Part shown: positions 9,963 to 23,866 of the stretch, one piece after another
Numbering within the stretch: the stretch's first letter is position 1
How the letters are laid out: each line of letters opens with the position of its first letter
Assembly (NCBI GenBank): GCA_964270895.1
Contig: OZ185445.1
Reading direction: 5' to 3' (one strand)
Origin: Podarcis filfolensis
Taxonomy: Eukaryota
Length of the DNA stretch: 64,000 bases
Position numbers and translations under genes: made by a program
Notes under the pieces: model-generated
The model's database searches: none
What the model saw: only the letters and a program-made list of their open reading frames with translations
What the model was told of the DNA's origin: nothing

Positions 9963-12900
9963 GAATCAAGTGGAAATGTAAGCTAGGTGAATCAAAACAA
10001 TTTGTGTATATTGTTCAGTGGGACTTACACTCTTGGCAATATATTTAGGACAGTATCCATTGGTCTAGTTTAAATGTACATAAGCAGGAAGGTTCACATG
10101 TCACACAAAATTATGGCTTTGTGGGGCATGCATTAGCAGGAACAAAGTATCAATAACTTAAGGTTTGCATGCTCTCTTCTCTTCCTTCCCTGCAGCTGCA
10201 ACACAGACTACGGCAGTCCCCCCCCCCCACTCCCTGCTTTCCCTGAATCCTGGATTGTCATGTTATCCAGACCAAGGATCATACTTTATAACAAACTTTG
10301 GTAGGTTTTAAATCAAGCCAATGCCCAACTGTGGTTTCTGAAGCTCACTTGTTTAACTTAGTGTTTGATAGAAAGCACGATCCTTGGTCTGGACAACACA
10401 CGAAGTTGATTTGGTAATGGAAAGCAAAACTTAAAAGCTACCCAACTTGTCCGCCCAGCTGCAAGGAGGAGAAGTGGGAAGGATGGTGGTTTCTTCCTGC
10501 TCATGCACATCTCAGAATACCATTTCTAGGCTCTAGAAATCAAATCTTGAAAGTAGGTTTAGAACTGAAAGGTCATTTCCTAGCCCTTATGGGTTGTAGC
10601 TTGCAAAAGAGGTCTGGAACTACGATGGCCAAAATACTCACAGATCTGAAGTATAGGATGAAACCTGGATTTCACGAAACTTTGAAGTGCTATAAAATTA
10701 AAACCGTTTGAGATAGAAGGGAAATATTTAAGGGGGTTTCTTTCAACCATAAGGGAAGGGTGTAGACCAAGTTTCATCAAAACCCAAGACGGTGGGTGGC
10801 ATGACCGCGTTGAACTGACGTGGAATGACCTGGAGAGTAGCTGGTCACAAACTTCACGCACACACTTCCCTCTGCCCAGAAATAGGCTGATTTTTTTTCC
10901 TTTAATTTCTAAGGATAAGAATGATGAGCTAGATTGAGTCTATTATAGTAAGTTGATAATTCTACACATCTACCAAGTATTTGCTTCATAGAACTTTGTC
11001 AGTGTTTGCTAGAAGCCATTGGCAGACTGTATACAATTCAATTTAGTCTTTTTGTCCAAAGGCATGAATGTGTAGATTGTTAAGAAGGAAACCATTCTTA
11101 GGTTGCCCTAAGCCTTTCTTCATCCTTTGAGAATACGTGTAACAAGTTTGTCTCTTGTTTAAAATAGTTTAATATTCTCTAGCAAGTTCTTTAGTAAGAA
11201 TTTCCTGTGATGGATTGAGTTCTGCTGAAAAAAAATCTCTTGACATTCTTTCGGACCATGTCAGTGTTCTCAGCAACCATTCCGATAAAGCTTATGAAAT
11301 TTCCAAGCTCAGCCTCTGAGATAGAATTTAGAAGAACATTTTCCCCCTAGGATCTCTTCCAGCAGCTATTATTCAAGTTTTGAGTTGCCACATCATCAGT
11401 TGCAGAACATTAAAGGCATACTGTGACCAGCAGATTCAAGCACATTTGCTTGCAGCAGATTATGAAGAAATTAAAAATGCAACAGCAGCCTGCATACTTG
11501 TTGCAAACTGAGCAGTATTAAATGAATATAGATGAAAATGAGATTTTGCCTCCCCCTTCTGCTCAGAGTGGTTTGTGTGAAGTGCATTTGGTTGGGCCAC
11601 GTAGGCTAGTTAGAGGTTGCCAGAAATAAAACATGTGGCTGCTTACTTGAGCTGGTGCGTAATAAAAAAATTGCAAGCTCAGTCATGGGAGCTTGCTGTA
11701 GACTATATTTAAAGGAGCTGTAACATAGCTGTGATGAAAACACTGACTGGTTAACTGGTAAAGCTACAGGTGTCTAAAAGAGATATTAATTGTACCAGGT
11801 GACTTTTAATCAGAACTGATCATTCATTTTACTTATTGTATATGACATCCCTTCCTTTTCAGTCATTGAACTGTTGAACACATCATTCATTTTTCTTTGT
11901 AACTGGGATGAGGCTGGTTTTTTGTGTCTAAACTCTGAATGTCATTCCTAAACCTGAACAATCTCATTGTGTATAACTGAAACTCTGATGCGTACAATTC
12001 AATTTAATTTGGTGTTTTTCCAGCATACGAAGGGAAGATGCAGGGTTTCCCCCCCCCAGTCCACTTATCAGTCTCCTGATTCAGTGACCCCTACTGCATG
12101 CAACACATCACAAAAGAGACCCTCCTGAACCTCCTTTGTAGAAATATGGCAACTTTTGCCTGCCTGCAGTTCATTTCATTTGTTTTTTCATGGTTCCCTG
12201 CTCCAGTTCTGCTGGCGAAGGCTTTGCAGTATATGGTGGTTAGAATTCTTTTTGTTTAACTTTCTGGTCCTGTCAAAAACAAGAGAGACACAAACCACAG
12301 CTTACACTCTCTTGGTGTAAACACTAATTTGAACCACTGAGCTTATGTATCTTAGGCGCTGTGACCCTGAGCTACAAGGATCTCTTCTTTCAGCTTAAAT
12401 GGAGCTACATGCTCCGTAGGTCATCATCAGTTGTGTCCTGCTTGGCTGTGCTTTTCTTTAATCCACAGCAAATATTGACCACAGTCCCAACCATGACACT
12501 CTGCACATGTCTAGAGACCCCCTTGCCACTTACTGTTCCCAGGCTCCACAAGTAAATTGGGGCATTAAGTGGGACATTCTGCCCCTCCCCTATACTTTCC
12601 CAGCTCCATATCCATCTCTCTATTCCCCCCCCCCCAACTCAGCATAAACTAACAAGGAAAAGGAATAAATTAGTTTGGAATTCTCTGCCATGCTTTAATC
12701 TGATTGTTCTTTGCTTTAGAAACACTCGCCTGTTTGGTTTAGGTTGCCCTGGGGCAGATAAAACAACTAAAATTCTAATTATCATGATGATGATAACAAC
12801 TTGACCTCATTCATTGCTCTCTCAGCACCATGTACAGTGTGGGGATAATCATGCCACATGCATATCTTTTTATGTTTGGAGCATTTGAAATGTGCCATTT

Positions 12901-15388
12901 AAATGCCTTCTTTACATGAAGCTAGTTTAACCAGGCCTTCGGCTGATTAATATTCTACAGCCTTTTGTGTTTGCAGGTGGGTGGTTACTATTTTGTTGCT
13001 TCCATTTTGACTATTAGTTTGTGCCTTAAAGGGCAGTATATAAATCAAACAAATACATGTGGGAATGTTGTAATAATGTGTAATTTATCATTTGAAAAGA
13101 ATGTGAAGTGTGACATTGGTTCTTGGTATCTTTCTTCAATGTTTCTTCCACATTAACAGGGATTTTGTCAGTCTTCAAGATATTTTTGAACAAGTCAGCA
13201 AACAGTGCTGTTGATAGTACCAGCTAGGTTCACAAGTAAAAACTTTTGATTTTTGTGACTTGGCAAATAAGATTTAACATCCAGGTTAACATTCCCATTT
13301 TATATTTCCTGTCATTTTAGGACTGTCAGCTGTTACAAGTTTTGGTTATGAGACCATGTATTTGGCATAAGAAAAAAAATTATTTCTTGCAGCGACTCCA
13401 TGATAGATGGTGGAATATAGGTGGCCAGTATTAAGTATGCAAGGAATGCCAATTGTCAGAAATGGTTGGGAGGAATAATGTTATACACTACCCTAGAATG
13501 AGGTATAACTGCAGCTGTGAACACAAGTATGCCACGCTGCAAGAGTCATTATCGAACTTATGGATAATGGATATTTCCTTCCCAGTCTTGGTTTCTTTTT
13601 GACATTTAAAGAGAGTACAGAGTGGAGAACCAGTGGATGTGGAGAGGAGGTGCTTAAAAACTTTCTGATCATTACAGTATTTATTGATTCGGATGGGAGT
13701 AAAGCTACGCAGAGGAAAGGGTTGCAGGGGATAAGCTGTGGTGGGAACAGGTGAAGTAGCTGTTGTTTTCTGCTGCTTCTCCTTGCAACTGTGTAATAAT
13801 ACTTTGTATATCAGAGCCAAGCACCAAACTGGAAATCCTTTGTTGGGCACTGATATTTAGTTCCAATCTTAGTTCTTTTTTTCTTTTTCTTTTTTTTTTT
13901 AAAGAAAGCAACCACAGCAGGTAATGGATTAGTATCCATACCAAATTAGTTGCACTTAAATTCCCTTTGCAGTCATTGGGACAAATTGCTCATTACTTAA
14001 GTCAAATTGATTTCAGTTCATTAACTTTTTGCTCTACAGTTTTCTAGTGTGTTTCTTTTTGTCTGTAGCTTTCTCTCACTGTGATGATTATGCTAATTTG
14101 TAAGTGATTATACTGACTTCCATATTATAATCCAAATAAGTTTAGCTAAGTGAAGCAATTTAGTCTATATTTAGTCTTTGTATTCCATCCAAATTGGATT
14201 GGTGGCTTATCATATTTGAATTAAGGCAAGCCATGAGAATAAAGCAAAGAAGAATCCAACAAGTTTGAAAGGGAGCTTATAGCTTACTGCCAATTTAAGA
14301 GAATTGTGGCCATAGCATGTGTGTTCTATATAAAGCCTGCTACAGCTGTTTTCATGTCAGTTAAGGAGGCCTGAAAAGGGGGCTAGAATCTAAAATTCAG
14401 AAAACATCATTCTCTTAGAACTGACCATTCATAAATCTTCATTTTATTTGTTTTTTTGCAAAATGATTTAATCTGCTAAAATATATCTACTACTGATTTA
14501 AGTGTAGGTATTCCTTTGTATATAATTTTAAGTTTGCAATGCCTACAATTGTGGCAGCAGTTTGGGGGGGCACTGCTGCCAAGTTTATCTGTGTACATTT
14601 CTTCACTCAATACTCTCTTCATGTGGGAATGCTGAACAGTAGAAGAAATATTGTTTTACAAAAATTCCACAGAGTAGGCAGACATTTTGTAAGGAAATAC
14701 TTCTCACCTCCTTCTTAGTTTTTAAAGCATTTTTTTCCAATTGAAGGAGGGAAATCTGCTTGTAATTGAAATCACACACCCCCATCTATCTCGTACCCTA
14801 ATTTATGTCACAAGTCACTGGTTATTAGTCTCTGTTTTCTAATGGTTCCACAGACCAACTTGAAAAGCAGGTGCAAAATTTGATGCTTGCTTGCGTAGCA
14901 GTTGCTCTTGGGGCAAGCAGGTGAGCGGCTGCATCTGTCTTTCATCACCACCACCACCTTCCAACATGAAAAAGCATGTTGCTGTCAAAAGATGTGTCTG
15001 GCATCATCAAAACTCTCCCTAGGGGCCAGTGAAGCCGAGGATGCTGGCAAGACAAAGCTGTTTTAAGACTGAAGATTGCTATCAGTCCCAAGGCAAAGTG
15101 TCTGCCAGTTGCAATTTGCAAGATGCTTAAGGAAGAGTGCATAATAACGGGTACAGAAAAGCCAGTGCTCTTAAGAAGATTGCCCAGGTAAGGATGTCCA
15201 GGGGGAAGAGGAAGGGAGTGAGGCTTAGCCTGGGGGAACAACGCAGGGCAACTTGAGTGAGAGAAAAGTTTTACTTTACCTGATGCCAGATCACTTATTT
15301 ATTTCACCAGTTTCACCAGTTTGCTCTACAGAAAAAAAAAAAACAAAACAAAACAAAAAAAAACAAAAAAAAGCCAACCCACCCCTAT

Positions 15389-15609
15389 GTTGTTGTTGTT
15401 TAGTTGTTTAGTCGTGTCCGACTCTTCATGACCCCATGGACCAGAGCACTCCAGGCACTTCCATCTTCCACTGCCTCCTGCAGTTTGGTCAAACTCATGC
15501 TGGTATCTTCGCAAACACTATCCAACCATCTTGTCCTCTGTCGTCCCCTTCTCCTTGTGCCCTCCATCTTTCCCAACATCAGGGTCTTTTCCAGGGAGTC
15601 TTCTCTTCT
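15389..15609 (-). mobile_element. Bov-B (RTE) LINE 3' fragment
   Basis: Minus ORF RREDSLEKTLMLGKMEGTRRRGRQRTRWLDSV is the Bov-B RT C-terminus; (CAA)n tail; ccaacccacccctat is duplicated at 15374-15388 and 15626-15640. Confidence 0.9.
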
Positions 15610-17640
15610 GCAGCAAAACAAAAAACCAACCCACCCCTATAGTGGTTTACAAATTGTCATTGAGAAGCCAGTCCCAGCCCTCAGGCTCACAGCATAGGAG
15701 ACACAACATGAAAGGAGAATGGACAGGAGGGGAGTAGGAAAAATGAGCTCAGGCACTAATTCTTAGTTACAGAGCTCTTGTGGTGAATTGCAGGAATGGA
15801 AAAATTAAATGAGGAAGCCAAAATTTGCCAGTCTTAAGAGAAGCCACTCTCGCATCCTGATGCAAAGGCTGTTTAGGGGCAAATTCACACTGTGATTGCT
15901 GATGGTAGCCACTGCCATGTGCAAAATTAAGCTTTGTGCATGACATTGAAGACACTTGAGAAAGTGACCTTGGCAACAACATTCAGCAGTTGGATGGTCA
16001 CCGAGTGCTGATGTCTTGTGGGCTCAGTGGTCATATGCCTTGAGGTGCGATAGGAATGGTGTCCCACTGAATGGCTTCCAAGTTAACATTGTTAGAATCA
16101 TAGTCAAACCTGCATTTTAAGTTGTTTTATAGATGTATATTCTAAGATGTATATATCTAAGTGATTTAATAGTGTCCTTTGGCTTTTACTATAAATTCAG
16201 TGTCAGTTTTTCTTGATTCTTTTTTACTACTTGGGTGTTCAAGAACAGAATGTAGCTCTCATCCTAACACAGGTTGGTGTTAATGTTTTCATACTTTGAC
16301 CTACCCACGGTGATACGCTTTAAGCTATAGATTTGTACCGTTCATGAGAGCTCTTTCCCCTTTTGGTCAGACTTTCCTATGAATGTTCTTAAATTCTTGG
16401 CTGTGGGTTCGCTTAGGTTGGACCCCTTCTCTCTCTTCAGATTTAAAGCAAGCCCCCAAAGTAGCCAAGCATAACATTTTATTCTAATGCAATACATCTT
16501 TCCAATATTTGCCACCCCTTACAAGGTCTTTACAATGTATAATCTTTGGCTGTGATCCAGCGAGTCCTTTTAATACACCCTCTTAGCATTCCATCACCCT
16601 CCGCAATCTCTAAAGCATGCCTTAAACTTCTCTGCAGTTTGTTAGTTGACTAGGCTCTGCTAGATTTTTTTCTTTCTTAAACTCCCTGCACCACAGTTGT
16701 CATGAGTGGAATAATCAGATGCTTGGGATTCCATTGGGTGTAGGAAAGGAAGCAAGGAAGTGTATTTGATTAACATTCTCAAGTAAGTTGAATCTGTAAG
16801 CCTTCTCAAAGTCGGGTTTATTTTGGCTGCATGGGAAAACATGATTACAGTTGAGTAATTACGTGAGAGTCAAATGAAGTGATATTTGAAAATGACGCAA
16901 GAATGACCTACACTTGTGAATTTGCTAGAGGAGGCATGGTGGACACATGGACCGCAGAAGTGCTGCCATTCCAATTTCCAAGTTTAGAACATGAATCCCC
17001 ATTTCCTTTTTCTTCGTTCTCATCTGGCTCTAATCCAGTTCAAACCTTACCTTGCATGATGCTGCCCTTCCTCTTCCCTCCCCCTGCGATGCTCTGAAAT
17101 TGCTATGTTAACCATCTTTAAGTATCTTCAGTTCCAAGCATGGATTTCCCAACCATCTGCTACATATTTCCCCATACCCAGGTCAATATCTTGCATTGTT
17201 AAGAAAATAACATTTACATTAGAAATATTAATGTTTACATTTCAAAGCACTGCGGTCTGCGCAAACATCCCAAGCCAATGTGTTCCCACCATGTGCACAG
17301 TTGATATCTATTTGCTTTTGCACTTTACCAGCCCCCTTGGATGAATAGGGTCCTGGCTTTTGCCCCAGACCACACAACAAAGGAAATTGCATGTAAGTGA
17401 AGAAGTAAACACTTGTTATATCAGCCTAGCAATACAGACTCGGTAGCTGGGAAAGAGCTCTTACAAAGACAGAGGTGCAGCAACGAAAAATTCAGTCCGA
17501 CAGCAAAGGCCAAGATTACTGGCAAGAGCTCCAAGACTTCAGGGGAGCTGCTATGTTGTTTCAGTAAATTTCCCCGCCTCTCTGCCAAGCTTTTAAGCAG
17601 GGAGAGGAGGCAGATGAGTAATGGAGTCCATAGGCGATTA

Positions 17641-18035
17641 CCGTGTTTTTCTGTGTATTGGATGAGGTTTTTTGACTCAAAAATTACGTCAAAAAACTGG
17701 GGTTGTCCAATACATGGATAGTGGCATAGGGGGAGAAGCGGTGCGCCGCCAGCCAGCTCATTGGTGAGAGCGCAAATTCCCCCGATGCCGCTGCGTGTGG
17801 CGGGCGCTCCCTGGATCGTTTCCCGCACAGCGGCATCAGAGGTGGTTGTGCTCCCGGGAGCGCAATGCCGCTGCACGCGGGAAACGATCTAAGGAGTGTT
17901 TCTTGCCCGCAACTGCATGGGGGGAGAGGCTAAGCAACTTTGGGCCATCTTCCCTCATTTTCCTAAGATTGAGTCCCCCCAAATAGGGGGTGGTGTTCTT
18001 ATACAAGGTGGCATCCTATAGACAGAAAAATATGG
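17641..18035. mobile_element. Tc2-like (Tc1/mariner) non-autonomous element with GC-rich internal hairpin
   Basis: TIR ccgtgtttttctgtgtattggatg / catcctatagacagaaaaatatgg (4 mismatches in 24), TA flanks; internal inverted repeat gatcgtttcccgc..cagcggcat / atgccgctg..gcgggaaacgatc. Confidence 0.75.
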
Positions 18036-20467
18036 TATTTCCAGGACCCTGAGGGCAATGGTAGGATCTGCAGAAGCTGGTTGGTTTGCCAGACACATTC
18101 TAGTCCCTTCACATTTTCTGTCAGGCCACCAGACACCCAAGTCATTGCATGTAAGGTTATGTATTGCACAAAAAGGCCAGCTGTTCAGCTGTCACAGCAT
18201 TGCTGACGTGTCTGAGCTTATAATGATTCAGGAGGCACATACATGCGCAGTTAACAGTAGGTAAGTCCTCTCGCATGGAAAAGGGAGAGTCTTTGGCTCC
18301 TTTCCCTTCTGCTATTTCCTCCAGTTTGGTGAGCACAAATAGGTCTTGCAGTTACAGAATCATACAATTGTATTCATACAATTTTCACTGTATTCATGCT
18401 GCTAACCCAGAAGTGGCTTCAGCTAACACCCCACCGAAGCCAGTGAAATCCTCTTTGAGCCAGTCTTTGGCATCTAAATGCAAGGTCAGATCTAATAGCT
18501 CTGTCAGGCTGTGGGAAATCCCAGTAATTTAGTAAACTGCACTTCCAGAGAACTCTGCCTCCATCTTGTCTGGATTGGGCATCACTTTATTACCTTTACT
18601 CTCTCTCATTGCTGATCCAAACACGTGTTCAGAAGATTAATACCCTGAGTAAAAAGGAAAAAGTAGATGTTGGAAGCATATTGGTTGAAATAAGCTTGCT
18701 GGAGACATTGGACAGCAGCTGATTTTTCCACATTATACTGATTTGGACTAATGTGCCAAATCAGTATAAGATAACATGTCCATATGTTCTTACGCCACAG
18801 GGTGTGTCCTCTTTCTTGCATTCATGGCCAGCAGTTAGTTGACCTTTGGTTAAATGGGTTCCTAAAAATATACTGTGTCTCCACACATAGTCCTGAAAAG
18901 AATAAATTAAATATTGGATAGGAAGTTAAAAATATATGTTAGAGTACGTAATGATCCGCTGTGATTCTCTAAATTGTGGGCCTTGCTTATGCCTGGTTGT
19001 TGTTGTTTTTATTATAGCTTGTGAACTTTTCATCTATATCAGCTAACGTATTCATGGAAGTAGGTGGGTTTGCCGTCAGTTTGCCAGATCTGTGACAGGC
19101 AAGAATTGAACTTGTGCAGCTATTCCTGCTAGAGAGAATGTATTAACAGCTGCAGACGTGTCAAAATCCAAGTCCCTTGTTGGGGAGCAATGTTGTAGTG
19201 ACGAGTCAGATGTACAAGTCTGAGCACCTGATTCCTTAGGATAACGTTGGAAATCTGGTTGGAACAGGTTGGATGGGCAGGTACAGGAAAGAAGATGGGC
19301 CTTGTTTGGCCCTGAAGTTTTGGCAGAGAAACATTTATCTAGGGTGGCCAAAAACAACTGATGGGAACCCCAAGTTTAGTTTGAGTACTTGTTGTTTATA
19401 AACTCCATTTTCATATCCGTACTTAAAAGAGTGGCCTAGTGAGTTCCGATTAAAATATTTTTATTTTTTACATCATAGTTTATTTTAAGCTGTGTGCGTT
19501 GAGCCTTTTTCCTTATAAACACTATCAGGGATAATATTTATGGACAATCATTTGCTATTACAGGCATCGTTTATTTAAATTTTGACTCTGCAGAAGTGTT
19601 TTTGCAAGCCAGTGCTTCCTGTTTGCACGGTAGTAAGATGGAACCGTAGCATGACATGGTCACTCTGGCCAAATTTCTAAGTCCTGACCCAATTGGTTTC
19701 AAATATGCAAACACTTCTACCTTGCAATAAACTGTTTTTAAAGGGTTTTAGTTTTAGTATCATTTTACATCAATGTTTGTTCCACATGGGGTGCATTTTC
19801 CCAGAGGGAGGCTGTCTTTTTGGAGAATGTCACAAGGAAGAGGAAAACAAGCCTTGCAAATTCTCTTGACTCCTTTTCCCCCCAACCTTAAATAAGAGGT
19901 CAGGCTGATGGTTTGGAATTGACTGTTACACTTATACTTCCCACTACTAAACAAATAGGAAGTGTCTACAGAGTCGGAATTTGAATAATAAACTACCCCT
20001 CCTGTAGCAAGTAATATTAATAAATATTTTCTCAGGTCTTAGGGGAGGAAATAGTGACGTTTTACTTACTTGTTTTTTATTAAATTTCTAGCCTGCTCTT
20101 CCAAGGACAGCGAGCAATCCAGTTTACAATTTAAGGCAATGCAATTTAAAATAAAAACATTTAGAGCATCTAAAAACATTTGAAAGCAATACAGTTTAAA
20201 ATAAAAGCTATTTAAAAAAATGTAGAGCATCTAAAAACATTTTAGAGCAATCATGTATCTTCATAGTTGCTAATTTCAAGGTTGCCATGGTCAGTAGTAT
20301 CCCATCCAATACCTGGCTAGAAATAGATGTTTTTTTTATTTTCTCCTGAAAGTCAGCAATGAGGGAGGCAGAAGCAGCTCGCCAGGGAGGGCATTCCACA
20401 AATGGAAGCAGTCCCTGGTCAATGCCAACTGGGCAGCAGCTACAGGTAGCACTACCAACTGGGCCTC

Positions 20468-20765
20468 CTACACCCGGAGGTCTCAGGGCGGTTCACAGAA
20501 AAAAAATCAGAATATAAAACCACAAAATATATAATAAAAATAAAAACAACGACCCAGTGACCCCCCCCAACACACACAAAACCACATTTTAAAAGGGTGT
20601 AAGATGTCAATCAAAGTAAACCAAGGCCCGGTTAAAAAGGAATGTTTTTGCCTGGTGCCTAAAGGTGTATAATGAAGGCGCCAGGCGAACTTCCCTGGGG
20701 AGAGCATTCCACAGACGGGAGCCACTGCAGAGAAGTCCCCGTTCTCATGTTGCCACCCTCCGGAT
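20468..20765 (-). mobile_element. L2-clade LINE 3' fragment (second subfamily)
   Basis: Minus strand reads FSAVAPVCGMLSPGKFAWRL..., a frameshifted version of the L2 FSVVAPxLWNxLP motif; ggtctcagggcggttcacag 3' terminus. Confidence 0.65.
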
Positions 20766-21578
20766 CTCTTGCTTGCATTTATAGCTGATAGTGCGGGAAA
20801 CTTTGCTGTACTACTAGCTCCCCACCCCTCAGACCATTGTAGTGTAAATCCCTCACTTCTGCCCTTGTTAACAAATGACCCTATAACTCTATTAAAAACA
20901 GGTGCCACTTTCAAAGTGGCATTTTTTACTTCATTGGATATTTCATTGTGGTCATATAATAAAATGGGAAGTCGTTTGACATTATTTGACTATCAGTTAA
21001 CTGATGTACCAGTTTTCTGAAAGCCACTTGCTTCCCACAGAGGCCTTCCCTATCTTCCTGGAGAAAGATAGAAATGAGCTCCTTGTTCTGCTTCTCCCTC
21101 CAGAATTGGCACCAGCAGCTCTCCAGGCAAGTAAATAGAAATACAGAGTAAGCTGAAAGGGCTACTTTAAAATGCGTTCCAAGTTCCTTTCTAGCGTTGA
21201 GTCTGTGAGGTAGGCTTCAAAAAACACCATCATATCCAAATCGGCTTTGATCATGGTGGAATTAAATTAGATACACGCATGCATTCGCACATTGCCACAT
21301 AGCAGCTTTTCACTGAGTTGGATCCAAACTTACGTTTTTGTGAATGGAAGAGCTTCCATCTGTGTACAGCTTTTGATCCAGCAGAGGGTTCCTATTAATG
21401 GAAGGGGAGGGAGAGGCAGTATTTACCAATCCTCCCTACCTCGAATCATTCCCAAGTATCTGCAATAGAAGGTGTGAGGAGCTATAGGAGAAATTGGCAT
21501 GTCACCTCCGTTCATCCATCAGTGAGAACAAAGTCTAGATCTGGTGGTGTTCTCTGGTTAGAATTTAGTGTTCTTATA

Positions 21579-21818
21579 TAGTCGTACCTTGAAAGCCAAA
21601 CAGAATGCGTTCCCGAAGTCCATTTGACTTCCAAAACATTCAGTAACCAAGGCTCTGCTTCTGATTGGCTGCAGGAGCTTCCTGCAGCCAATCGGAAACT
21701 GCGCCGGACGTTCGGCTTCCAAAAAAGTTCAAAAACCGGAACACTCACTTCCGGCTTTCGATTGTTCGGGAGCCGAAATGTTAAGCAACTAAGCCATTCA
21801 AGATCCAAGATACGACTA
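21579..21818. mobile_element. Tigger-like MITE
   Basis: Ends tagtcgtaccttg / caagatacgacta; central inverted ctgattggctgcagg..cctgcagccaatc shared with 49424-49615. Confidence 0.7.
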
Positions 21819-22695
21819 CCACATTTCAGGTTCTCAAAGCAATTGACATGACCTCAACTATGGCACCATTGTAAGAGAGGCTAGTGTTGCTATTTTTGGT
21901 TATTAAACATACTTTAAATAACTTGGGTAGGCTAGCATTCTATTTTTAACTTTGGGGTGTGGTGATTTCTGTCTTATTTATATGGGTTCCTTTTTTTAAG
22001 GCGTTAACCCTGTCTTTGTGCTTCTTTTTTTTTTTTTTTACCTATTTATTGCATGCTGACCTCATGTTGTAGGACATCGTGGAAGTGCTGTAGGAATTTA
22101 TAGGGTTGCCTAGAAATGTTTGATCTAAGATAAAATTTGGGTCTTCTTGACTGTCAGTGCCGATTTAGTCCATTCACTGCGCCAGAAAACAGTCTATTTC
22201 TCTGTGAAATGGAATTTGAAAGAGTGTTTTACCGAAGAATGAGTCAGGTTTGCATTAACATCATCTTAAATTAAAACATTCATGTGGTTAACTGAAGGAA
22301 GTCTTGTTCTGTAGAAGGCTTAGAAGAAAGTACAGGTGTTTTGTGGTAGTGTGAGTACATAAATGAACATGTAACACAAATAAGCTGTCTTCACCTATAG
22401 CCAAGCCTAGGTCTAAGAAAATTAAACATGACTGCACAGGAATGTCCTGGCTATTTCATGGCTTGTTTCTTTTCAGAACTCAGACATGTTTTGAGACTTG
22501 GTTTGTTCCTCAACTGGCTGGCTGTTTTTGGAAGCAGTTTTGACTTTTAGCAGAAAAACTGAATTCAGTCTTTTGTTAAGCAAGGGAGCTAACTATGCTC
22601 AAAGCTGTTTGTAAACTTTTGAGTGTTTATTCAAAATATGCTATTGATGGTTGTTGTTTTTTTTACAACACATTTTCTTTCCCCCGAAAAAACAG

Positions 22696-22784
22696 GTTGT
22701 GAAGATGAGAAAAGAAGTGAGGAAAGTCAGAGTGCTGACAATTCACAAACTAACTAGACATATTGCAAAACTGAAGGCAAAAAA
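22696..22784 (+). CDS. SRFBP1: SRFBP1 coding exon 2 (VVKMRKEVRKVRVLTIHKLTRHIAKLKAK)
   Basis: AG acceptor at 22694-22695, GTAAGC donor, 89 nt; matches SRFBP1 VVKMRKEVK.IRVL.. Confidence 0.95.
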
Positions 22785-23793
22785 GTAAGCTTAACAATTA
22801 TTCTTTTTATGGTTTTCTGCAGTCCCAGGGCAACTGGTAGTAGGAGCTGAGGGCTCTTTCTAGCAGGAAAGTGGGCAGCAACCCCTTGCCCCTGCCCCTC
22901 TCTGGCCAAAAAATATCCCTCTTGCCATGATGACGTATTTCATCCTGCAGCCTCCCCAGTAGTCCCAAGTCTCCACATTCTTTCATTTTCTATAGCGTGT
23001 TTTGGAGTTTCCAGGTCACTTTGGTAGCTAAGCCAATGCACTGTCCAAGCCTGAAATCATGGTTAAGGAATCTCCTCCTTAACCAGGGGCATAGTGTGGG
23101 GAGGGCCAGGGCGGCTGTGGCCCTGGGCACAGATTTTTGAAGGGGCACGACGAGGGGCCGCAACCAGGGGTCCTCATCAAGTTTGGAGCAGTGAGAAGGC
23201 AAGCCAAGCTGACCTGGTCCAGGCCTTGCGGGCTGGGGCAGCAGCGCCTCCTCCTCCTCGTGGCTGATGAAGGGCCACCAGTGTGTGGCCCAACCCTGAG
23301 CCGGCCGAGAGGGAGGAAGGGGGAGGTCTCCTCCTTTGCCAACAGGGCACCTCAGGTCTATCCTCAAATGGCAGCTTTGAACCTCTTTCTTCCTCCCCTC
23401 CCCTTGCTTCTTCACCTCACTTGCTGCCGACTCAGACCGCCGTGGCTCAGTTGGTGGTGAGGGCTTGGGCTGGCATGGCTGCCTCTCTCTCCCTCACACA
23501 CACACACCCCGGGTGCCAGCAGCCCATGCTACACCACTGTCCTGTAGCCAAGCTAAGTCAGACCTTGGATTAGCTGCCATTCTGCACTCATATGATGTGC
23601 AAACCATTCCACTATGCTCCCAGTGCAACTTTTGCATTTCCTAACTGCGGATAAGAGATTGCAAAAAAGAAAAGGGAAAAAAAGAACTGCACCAGGCCTT
23701 GGTAACTATTACCATGAATTATTTTACAGTGAATAATAACGGAACATAACATATGTAGTATTGCAATATTATTTAAATACCTTCCTCTTTCAG

Positions 23794-23866
23794 GGGCACG
23801 GAAGATGCAGTATTGAAAAACCATAAACGTGCAGAGAGGTTACTGGAAGAAATTCATGCCATGAAG
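23794..23866 (+). CDS. SRFBP1: SRFBP1 coding exon 3 (GTEDAVLKNHKRAERLLEEIHAMK)
   Basis: cttcctctttcag acceptor, GTAACG donor, 73 nt, phase 2 to 0; matches human GTEDALLKNQRRAQRLLEEIHAMK. Confidence 0.96.

Noticed and set aside
10580-14000. Coding-looking stretches in intron 1 (about 10.6-10.9, 11.2-11.5 and 13.5-13.8 kb)
   Set aside because: Frequent stops, and no motif or splice pair I could support. They may be old transposon debris and need a translated search.
22990-23573. Overlapping ORFs in a GC-rich patch of SRFBP1 intron 2
   Set aside because: No recognisable domain and ORFs on both strands; probably decayed repeat sequence.
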